Notes under the pieces: model-generated
Seen by the model: the letters and a program-made list of their open reading frames with translations, nothing else
Told to the model about the DNA's origin: nothing
Database searches by the model: none
Assembly (NCBI GenBank): GCA_002269645.1
Contig: NIVC01001851.1
Location: 28,746-81,730, forward strand
DNA from: Macrostomum lignano
Taxonomy: Eukaryota
Length of the DNA: 52,985 nt
Direction: 5' to 3'
In this document: in pieces, positions 43,490-52,985 of the stretch
Layout of the letters: every line of letters begins with the position of its first letter
How positions within the stretch are numbered: position 1 is the stretch's first letter
Made by a program: the position numbers and the translations under genes

Positions 43490-44075
43490 CGACCTGTTTG
43501 GCTGTCTGTCTGTCTATCCTTAGTGTCTGCTTGTCTGTATATCTGTCTACCTGTCTTTCTGTCTCTGTCTTGTGTCTTTTGACCATGTTTTAGTGTCTCT
43601 TAGGATCTGTTTGCGTCTGTCTTAGTGTATTTCTAGGTCTGTCTGTCCGTTTTAGTATCTGTCTGCATGTCTCAGCGTCTTTTAGTGTCTCTCTCCGTCC
43701 CTCACTGTCTGCCAATACCATATTGTGTCCTTTCGGGTCTGTTAGTGGTCTGTCTGTCTTTCCCAGTGTCTGTTTGTATGTCTGTCTGTATGAATGTATG
43801 ATGTATGTATGTATCGTATTGCCTGTCTGCCTGCCAGCCTGCCTGTCTGTCTGTCTGTCTGTCTGTCTGTATGTATGTATGTCTGTCTACCTGTATGTCT
43901 GTCTCTGCCTGTATGTCTCTGTCTGTATGGTGTATGTATGTATGCCTGTCTCTCTGTCTGCCTTTCTCTCTGTCTGTCTGTCAGGTCTTTCGATCTGTCT
44001 GTCTGTTTCTCTCTCTTCGTCTGGTATTGCCTTTCGTAGTTTCGTAGTTTTCGAGTCTGTCTACCTGTCTGTCAG
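43490..44075. repeat. Degenerate (TGTC)n/(TGTA)n microsatellite directly upstream of RCL1
   Basis: Direct reading. Confidence 0.9.
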
Positions 44076-44182
44076 CAGTCATTTAGACAATATCATATTG
44101 TGTTGCTGTATACATTAATTTTGCAGTACACGCATAGATAGTCAAAAGCTCCCCTTGCTCGGCTTGCTGGTGCCGCACTGAG

Positions 44183-47100
44183 ATGTCGAATTCGTCTGCC
44201 GCGGCCCCAGCTGAGCTATTAAAGTTCGTTGGCTGTTCAGAATTTCGCAGCCGAATCGCCCTGTCAATCCTCACTGGTAAGCCGGTGAAAATCTCGTCGA
44301 TTCGAGCTAAGCTAGAGAATCCCGGCGTGCGCGAATTCGAGATCAGCTATCTGCGCTTGATTGAGCAGATTACCAATGGCACTGTGGTTAGAATTAGCGA
44401 GACAGGCACTGTTGTGCTGGTCAGGCCGGGTATACTTACTGGCGGCGAGTTCGAATTCGATTGCTGTGCTGAGCGGGGCATTGGCTACTATCTGGAGCCG
44501 CTCATGCTGCTTGGCCCGTTTGGCAAGCGGTCGCTTAGCGTTAAACTGACTGGCGTGTCAAACAACTCTATGGATCCCAGCGTTGAAGCTGTTAGTTACT
44601 CTTGCCTACCGTTGCTGCGGCGATTTCTTGGCCGCGATTCGGGCTCCGAGTTGAGTCTCGAACGGCGTGGTTGCCATCCGGTTGGCGGGGCCGAAGTTCG
44701 ATTCCAGTGCCCGACCGTGTCCAAGCTCAAACCGTTGGTAAGTGGTCTGCAGTCTAAAAAGGCTTTTCAAGTTGCCGCAACACTTTCTGCGAAGGTTCTA
44801 CTATATTCTAAGTAGATCTGAAGGTATTCAAGGTCACTCGAGACATTCAAAGTCACTCCAGGAAATTCAAAGTCACTCCATGACCTTCAAAGTCACTCCA
44901 TGACATTCAAAGTCACTCCATGACATTCAAAGTCACTCTATATCATTCAAAGTCACTCCATGACATTCAAAGTCACTCCATATCATTCAAAGTCACTCCA
45001 TATCATTCAAAGTCACTCCATGACATTCAAAGTCACTCCAGGACATTCAAAGTTACTCCATATCATTCAAATTCACTCCATGACATTCAAAGTCACTCCA
45101 TATCATTCAAAGTCACTCCATAACATTCAAAGTCACTCCATGACAATAAAAACTCACTCCATGACATTCAAAGTCACTCTAGGACATTCAAAGTCACTCC
45201 ATATCATTCAAAGTCACTCCATAACATTCAAAGTCACTCCATGACAATAAAAACTCACTCCATGACATTCAAAGTCACTCTAGGACATTCAAAGTCACTC
45301 CATATCATTCAAAGTCACCCATTTCATTCAAAGTCACTCTATGACATTCAAAGTCACTCCATATCATTCAAAGTCACTCCATGACATTCAAAGTCACTCC
45401 ATATCATTCAAAGTCACTCCATAACATTCAAAGTCACTCCATGACAATAAAAACTCACTCCATGACATTCAAAGTCACTCTAGGACATTCAAAGTCACTC
45501 CATATCATTCAAAGTCACCCCATTTCATTCAAAGTCACTCTATGACATTCAAAGTCACTCCATATCATTCAAAGTCACTCCAGGAAATTCAAAGTCACTC
45601 CATGACATTCAAAGTCACTCCATGACATTCAAAGTCACTCCATGACATTCAAAGTCACTCCATGACATTCAAAGTCACTCTATATCATTCAAAGTCACTC
45701 CATGACATTCAAAGTCACTCCATATCATTCAAAGTCACTCCATATCATTCAAAGTCACTCCATGACATTCAAAGTCACTCCAGGACATTCAAAGTTACTC
45801 CATATCATTCAAATTCACTCCATGACATTCAAAGTCACTCCATATCATTCAAAGTCACTCCATAACATTCAAAGTCACTCCATGACAATAAAAACTCACT
45901 CCATGACATTCAAAGTCACTCTAGGACATTCAAAGTCACTCCATATCATTCAAAGTCACTCCATATCATTCAAAGTCACCCCATTTCATTCAAAGTCACT
46001 CTATGACATTCAAAGTCACTCCAGGACATTCAAAGTTACTCCATATCATTCAAATTCACTCCATGACATTCAAAGTCACTCCATATCATTCAAAGTCACT
46101 TCATAACATTCAAAGTCACTCCATGACAATAAAAACTCACTCCATTACAATAAAAAGTCACTCCATGACATTCAAAGTCACTCCATAACATTCAAAGTCA
46201 CTCCATATCATTCAAAGTCACCCCATTTCATTCAAAGTCACTCTATGACATTCAAAGTCACTCCATATCATTCAAAGTCACTCCATGACATTCAAAGTCA
46301 CTCCATATCATTCAAAGTCACTCCATGACATTCAAAGTCACTCCATATCATTCAAAGTCACTCCATGACATTCAAAGTCACTCCATGACATTCAAAGTCA
46401 CTCCATATCATTCAAAGTCACTCCATATCATTCAAAGTCACCCCATTTCATTCAAAGTCACTCCATGACATTCAAAGTCACTCCATATCATTCAAAGTCA
46501 CTCCATATCATTCAAAGTCACTCCATATCATTCAAAGTCACCCCATTTCATTCAAAGTCACTCCATGACATTCAAAGTCACTCTATATCATATAAAATCA
46601 CTCAAGGACATTCAAAGTCACTCCATATCATTCAAAGTCACTCCATGACATTCAAAGTCACTCCATAACATTCAGTCACTCCAGGACATTCAAAGTCACT
46701 CCATATCATTCAAAGTCACTCCATGACATTCAAAGTCACTCCATAACATTCAGTCACTCCAGGACATTCAAAGTCACTCCATGAAATTGATAATCACTTC
46801 ATGATGATGATAGGCTAAAAATCACTTATCTCATAAAATTAGTCTTTATTTTAAAAAAAGGACAATGAAGTCTTAGTTAAGCATAAAAAAGAGAAATGCT
46901 AATTCGTAGGGTTCTTAATCAAGTTCTATCATGGATCGCAAGCGCGCCATGAGTTGCAGAATCGTAGAAGAGTAGCGAAAGAGTCATCCAATAATCTTTG
47001 TGTTGGCGCTTAACTTTCTACTAACTCAGTAGGCTAGTTAGAGTGCAATTGAAGCTCAATATGCTACACGGGGTGTTTATTGCGTAACTGTGTACCTCTG

Positions 47101-48897
47101 ACTCTGTGATGCTAAAGCGCTTCTTCTGCGACTGCAGAATGCCGCTGAAATGCGTTCAGAGATGTAACTCTAATGCAGGGTCGGCAAACCACATGCGGCC
47201 CGCGAATCCTCTCTAGCCGGCCCTCGGTCCTTTGAAACTTCACAATAGCAATCCGGCCGCTCAAGGTTTCTTTTCTCAGCTCCCTAGTTGAATCTACTCT
47301 CTATTCTCCTCTCTTTTCCGTCCTCTGGCTCGCAGTCATGCGCTAGGTTCTCTATCTGGCCTTGAGCTGAAAGAGTTTGCCGACCCCTGCTCAAATTCAT
47401 CAATGCAAATTGCGCTTTGAACACAACTCTGTGACTCTAAGCACGTAAAGTAATAAACGTAGCACGTCTCAAATACGACTCTACGGCCCCAGAGTCGGTT
47501 CAGAGTTGGAGATAATAAAATTCTTTAAAATAATTCTTGACGACTTTTTGGCGACTTCTGGCGTACCCTGACATCTGGCAAGTGACACTCTGGGACGCTT
47601 CTTGGCCTGTGTACTTTTTATCGGATAGTTGGATATTTTTCAATTGCTCCCCCTTCAGGACCTGACACAGCCGGGCAAAATCCATCGCATCCGCGGCATG
47701 TCCTTCACCTGCAAAGTGTCGCCCGCATGAACGGCCGCCAGATTGTCTCGGCCAAGGAGCTGCTTCGCCGACTGGTGCCAGACGTGTTGCTTACAGCGGA
47801 CCATTGCACCGGCGCCAGGGGCGGCCAGTCGCCCGGCTTTGGCGTCACCCTGGTGGCCGAGACTCGCGACGGCTGTCGCTACGTGGCCGAGTGCATGAGC
47901 CGGCCGTCCGGAGTGGCCGTCGCCGAGGCCTCCGTGCCCGAGGATGTCGGGCTGACCGCCGCCCAGCTGCTCTGCGAAGAGGTCTAATAAGTCAAAACGA
48001 TTATATGTATCCTTGAAATATTATGGTTTAAGAGATGCAAGAACTCCGCTTCCTGCTAGGGATATACTGCTCTACATATATAGCTCTGCAGCCTAGTCGT
48101 TAGAGCGTCGGACTCACGACTGAAAGTCGGGGGTTCGATTCTCGACCCATTCGGAACCTTAACTCTGCATTGCTTCAGTTCACCCAGCTGTAAAATTTAT
48201 TAGCTGGGGTAATTGAGGGTGTGTGTGGCGACCCCCCAGTCCTTGGACTGAACAGCCGTACGCAGCCTTCAAATGCGCCGCGCAATAGCTGCGGCTGAGC
48301 TGTCGGCTGCACGTCTGGCAGGTGTAATCAATTAGTATCTGCAATTCGGTTGCATAGAGCATTATTTGCAGTAGTAGTATTAGTAGTAGTATAATGGGAG
48401 TAGTAGATTGGCATGTGTAGATTACAGAAGTAGCAGTAGTAGCAGTAGTATTCGTAAAAAAATCACGCATGCCGTCCTCTAAATAATGAGCTTTTGAAAG
48501 TCTCGCTCCTTTCCGCTTTTTAATTAACAATGTATTGGCATAAGTATGGATGGTTTCAGTTTTATAGAATTCATCTTTTCGATTTCAGGTTTTGCCTATA
48601 CTTCTACTGTAAGTAGAGTTGCACAAATTTCAGATCTATCGCGGCGGCTGCGTTGACTCAATTAGTCAACCGCTGGCCTTGGCTTTGATGGCCCTGTGCG
48701 ATCGGGATGCCAGCAGATTGCTAACTGGCCCATTGACTCCGCACAGTGTCCGCTTGCTGCGACTGTTGCGCCAGTTTCTTGGCGTCACGTTTCGATTGCA
48801 ATCGCGACCGGCTGGCGACGACGGACTGGGCGGCGACAAAGTGCTGTGCACCTGCGTTGGCTCCGGGTTTGCCAATCTCAGTAAACTGGTGCGATAG
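44183..48897 (+). CDS. RCL1: RNA 3'-terminal phosphate cyclase-like protein (rRNA processing), 3 exons, with an apparent 1-bp deletion in exon 2
   Basis: Exons 44183-44737, 47659-47981 and 48634-48897. Motifs LKFVGCSEFRSRIALSILTGKPVKI, RGIGYYLEPL, SPGFGVTLVAET, PEDVG, EE|IYRGGCVDS and CVGSGFANLSK are typical of RCL1. The total of 1142 nt is one base short of a multiple of 3. Confidence 0.92.
44822..46785 (+). repeat. 20-bp minisatellite (tgacattcaaagtcactcca), ~2 kb, in RCL1 intron 1
   Basis: Direct reading; constant core with a variable 4-nt slot. Confidence 0.97.
47176..47389. mobile_element. hAT (Charlie/MER58-like) MITE, copy B, 214 bp
   Basis: TIRs CAGGGTCGGCAAAC / GTTTGCCGACCCCTG; decayed 8-bp TSD ctctaatg / ctcaaatt. 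Confidence 0.82.
48082..48330 (+). mobile_element. tRNA-derived SINE with a CORE-like segment, in RCL1 intron 2
   Basis: A box (gcctagtcgttagagcg), B box (ggttcgattc), then accttaactctgcattgcttcagttcacccagctgtaaaat, which resembles the CORE-SINE segment; the 3' end is approximate. Confidence 0.7.
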
Positions 48898-48954
48898 TGT
48901 ACTGGCAGTCTGCTGCTTCCACAGCATCGGCTTCTTCCAGCTTTTCCTACTTTT

Positions 48955-49350
48955 CTTGTCTTCCTCGCCTGCTTCTGCTCACCTCTCTCCTTTGTTCTAT
49001 TTATTTATCTTCGTCCCTTCTTGCCCTCTGCACTTTCTCCCCCTCTATATCCTCTCCTCCCCTCCCTCCTTCTCCTCCCCTCTATATCTCTCTTCTCTCT
49101 ATTCTCTCCTTTCTTCTCTATATCCTCTCTCCCTCTCTCCTTTCCTCTTTATCCTCCCTCTCCCTCTCTCCCCATCTAGAGTCTAACATCTCTCCCTCTC
49201 TCCTCCTATCTATATCCTCTCCCTCTCCTCCTCTCGTCCCCTCCCTCCCCCTCTCCTCCCCTCTATATCCTCTCTCCCCCTCCACTCCCCTCCTTCCTCT
49301 TTCTCATTTCTCTCAACTTTTCCACACCATTTTTCTTCCGATTCTTCCCT
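48955..49350. repeat. Degenerate (CT)n polypyrimidine tract downstream of the RCL1 stop
   Basis: Direct reading. Confidence 0.92.
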
Positions 49351-49715
49351 TCTAATTGTTTTTATCTTTTTCCCTATGATCCGCATAATGTACGCATAAT
49401 CAGTGCAGGCCGCTTTGGAGCATCTTGACCCGTAGTAAAGTAGCATCTGTGTCGGTTTATTGCGAACACATTTGAATGCTCACCCAGTCCCGGGCATCTG
49501 TGTACCAATCGCATACAGTATAGACTGTCGATATGCAAATAAATGTGCTTTTGCATTTTTAATGCTATGTTTGTTCTTGCTCTGCCACTTGGCAAATGAC
49601 GACATCAATTTTGAGCGGGCGTTGCATCTTATAATTGTTTTATATGTGCATTATGCTACATGTAGTAGGGTGTGCCAGCGTGTCAAGTCAGCATTCAATT
49701 GTGCCGTCAAAATAC

Positions 49716-51305
49716 AACTCCGACACATCATACCTCCGACACTTGGTATCTCCGACGCCTCAGATCTGACACCTCATATCTGACAAACTTGGCAACGGAC
49801 TTCATACATGTATCTCCGTTAGGTTTTGTGTTTAGCTTGTCGGAGATATGAGGCGTCTGAGATACGAAGTGTCAGAGGTATGGAGTGTCGAAGATACGAG
49901 CTGTCAGAGATGAGAGCTGTCGGAGGTATGGAGTGTCTGAGATATGAAGCGTCGGAGCTACGATCTGTCGGAGATATGAGCTGTCGAAGTTATAGTGTCG
50001 GAGATATGAGCTGTCGAAGATATTAAGTATCGGAGATATGAGCTGTGTCGAAGATATAGTGTCGGAGATATGAAGTATCGGAGATATGAGCTGTCGAAGA
50101 TATAGTGTCGGAGATATGAGCTGTCGGAGATATAGTGTCGGAGATATGAGCTGTCGAAGATATGAAGTATCAGAGATATGAGCTGTCGGAGATATAGTGT
50201 CGAGATATGAGCTGTCGGAGATATGAGCTGTCGAAGATATGAAGTGTCAGAGATATGAGCTGTCAGAGACATGAGCTGTCGAAGATATAGTGTCAGACAT
50301 ATGAAGTAATCGGAGATATGAAGTAATCGGAGATATGAAGTATCGGAGATATGAGCTGTCGGAGATATAGTGTCGGAGATATGAAGTAATCGGAGATATG
50401 AAGTATCGGAGATATGAGCTGTCGAAGATATAGTGTCGGAGATATGAGCTGTCGAAGATATGAAGTATCAGAGAAATGAGCTGTCAGAGATATGAGCTGT
50501 CGAAGATATAGTGTCAGACATATGAAGTAATCGGAGATATGAAGTATCGGAGATATGAGCTGTCGAAGATATAGTGTCGGAGATATGAAGTATCGGAGAT
50601 ATGAAGTATCGGAGCTATATGAGCTGTCGAAGATATAGTGTCGGAGATATAGTGTCGGAGATATGAAGTAATCGGAGATATGAAGTATCGAGATATGAGC
50701 TGTCGAAGATATAGTGTCGGAGATATGAAGTAATCGGAGATATGAATAATCGGAGATATGAAGTATCGGAGATAGGAGCTGTCGAAGATATAGTGTCGGA
50801 GATATGAAGTATCGGAGATATGAGCTGTCGAAGATATAGTGTCGGAGATATGAGCTGTCGGAGATATGAAGTATCGAGATATGAGCTGTCGAAGATATAG
50901 TGTCGGAGATATAGTGTCGGAGATATGAAGTAATCGGAGATATGAAGTAATCGGAGATATGAAGTATCGAGATATGAGCTGTCGAAGATATAGTGTCGGA
51001 GATATGAGCTGTCGGAGATATGAAGTATCGGAGATATGAGCTGTCGAAGATATAGTGTCGGAGATATAGTGTCGGAGATATGAAGTAATCGGAGATATGA
51101 AGTAATCGGAGATATGAAGTATCGGAGATATGAGCTGTCGAAGATATAGTGTCGGACATATGAAGTAATCGGAGATATGAAATATCGGAGATATGAGCTG
51201 TCGAAGATATAGTGTCGGAGATATGAAGTATCGGAGATATGAGCTGTCGAAGATATAGTGTCGGAGATATGAAGTGTAGGAAATTATATGTCGTAGATAT
51301 GACGC
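49716..51305. repeat. Composite 14-17-bp minisatellite (gtcggagatatgagct / gtcgaagatatagt / atcggagatatgaagt) preceded by a short inverted copy
   Basis: The array runs 49836-51305; 49716-49790 is a reverse-complement version of its first units. Confidence 0.9.
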
Positions 51306-51904
51306 CCGTAACTTTCTGATTTTCAGGCATCTATATGCTTTTAGGTCGGTTGGCCCTCTTGAACTAAAATCGCACGACTGATTTTTCAAACCGAATATTG
51401 TTGAATTATTGGGCATGCACATTCGAGCTGCCAATGGCTAAACTAAGCTGGAAGAAGTTGGGCCGTTAAGGACATATATGAAGCTGTAGTGCATACAAAT
51501 GGCATTATAAATAATTCCATATTTTTATTCCACCAAGCAAAGCAATCGACAGCGCTTCGCAATCTTATACTCATAGCTGACAGGCCTGTTCAGTGGCGCG
51601 AGGCAAAACAGCTGCACAGCTTGCATATTTAATCCTGTCTACACCCGCATAGCTGGATTTTACTGAGCTGCCAATCTAAACTGCATGGTCATGGCAGATA
51701 TTTGCCCGCCCGTAGCTGTCGTATTTTTCTAGTAAATCCGACTCAATCTACACTTAGTTAATTTGTGCGGTCAGATAGTACTAAATTTATGTGATGTCTG
51801 AGAGACACGATTATAGGAGTTCATATCATTTATGCCATCCATGCTAATTGTTTGCTCTGTGTACATACGGGCGTTTTACTTAATTGGCTTTTCTCGGTTT
51901 GGGT

Positions 51905-52985
51905 GTTTGGGTGAGTCGGAATTGGGGAGTCAGGGTTGGATAGATGAGTGTCAGCAAGAATCGGATTGGGGTGTCAGCAAGAATCGAATTGGGTGTCAGC
52001 AAGAGTCAGATTGGGTGTCAGCAAGAGTCGATTGGGGTGTCAGCAAAAGTCGATTGGGTGTCAGCAAGAGTCGAATGGGGTGTAGCAAAATCGGATTGGG
52101 TGTCAGCAAGAGTCGAATGGGTGTCAGCAGAATCGAATTGGGTGTCAGAAGAGTCGGATTGGGTGTCAGCAAGAGTCGAATGGGGTGTCAGCAAGAGTCG
52201 GATTTGGGTTCAGAAAGAGTTGGATTGGGGTGTCAGCTAGAGTCGGATTGGGTGTCAGCAAGAGTTGGATTGGGGTGTCAGCTCGGATTGGGTGTCAGCA
52301 AGAATCGAATTGGGTGTCAGCAAGAGTCAGATTGGGTGTCAGCAAGAGTCGGATTGGGGTGTCAGCAAGAGTCGGATTGGGTGTCAGCAAGAGTCGAATG
52401 GGGTGTCAGCAAGAATCGAATTGGGTGTCAGCAAGAGTCGAATGGGGTGTCAGCAAGAGTCGGATTGGGTGTCAGCAAGAGTCGAATGGGTGTCAGCAAG
52501 AGTCGATTGGGTGTCAGCAAGAATCGAATTGGGTGTCAGCAAGAATCGAATTGGGTGTCAGCAAGAGTCGAATGGGGTGTCAGCAAGAGTCGGATTGGGT
52601 GTCAGCAAGAGTCGGATTGGGTGTCAGCAAGAGTCGGATTGGGTGTCAGCAAGAGTCGGATTGGGTGTCAGCAAGAGTCGAATGGGTGTCAGCAAGAGTC
52701 GGATTGGGGTCAGCAAGAATCGAATTGGGTGTCAGCAAGAATCGAATTGGGTCAGCAAGAGTCGAATGGGGTGTCAGCAAGAGTCGGATTGGGTGTCAGC
52801 AAGAGTCGGATTGGGTGTCAGCAAGAGTCAGATTGGGGGTCAGCAAGAGTCGATTGGGTGTCAGCAAGAATCGAATTGGGTGTCAGCAAGAGTCGAATGG
52901 GTGTCAGCAAGAGTCGATTGGTGTCAGCAAGAGTCGAATGGGGTGTCAGCAAGAGTCGGATTGGGTGTCAGCAAGAGTCGAATTG
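51905..52985 (+). repeat. 22-23-bp minisatellite (gggtgtcagcaagagtcggatt) running off the window end
   Basis: Direct reading. Confidence 0.96.

Noticed and set aside
44822-46785. CRISPR-like array (constant repeat plus variable spacer)
   Set aside because: The variable part is ~4 nt from a few recurring variants, there are no cas genes, and the context is a eukaryotic intron.
48082-48160. Functional tRNA gene
   Set aside because: The acceptor and anticodon stems do not pair properly, there is no poly-T terminator, and the sequence continues into a SINE body.
50293-51434. 345-aa and 306-aa minus-strand ORFs
   Set aside because: They are translations of the minisatellite with no recognisable domain.

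Overview
Eukaryotic (metazoan) genomic DNA. It has TTAGGG repeats, GT-AG introns, CpG-rich exons with poly-Gln/His tracts, and introns filled with minisatellites. This style resembles a macrostomid flatworm such as Macrostomum; that is an inference, not a database match. Four spliced host genes can be assembled by hand on the + strand. (1) A secreted 672-aa protein with two VWA domains, three copies of an unnamed 4-Cys module and a VWC-like end (12051-26608, 7 exons). (2) An insulin-like peptide precursor with a shortened A-chain Cys spacing (28521-29385). (3) A ~1232-aa B-box/coiled-coil/extended-Tudor protein, RNF17/Qin-like, with a very large disordered tail (30320-40333). (4) RCL1, with a 1-bp frameshift in exon 2 (44183-48897). 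The rest is a truncated Gypsy element, hAT/CACTA/Harbinger-type non-autonomous elements (several with exact TSDs), SINE and LINE fragments, and about 15 unrelated micro- and minisatellite arrays. The most unusual signals are a 3x (TALE + Pbx/Hox) - 3x CCAAT - TATA cassette at ~4 kb, strongly CpG-depleted transposon interiors, an in-frame stop-free (CAGT)n intron, and a minisatellite that appears to have grown from one arm of an inverted-repeat element. All exon coordinates and counts were read by eye.
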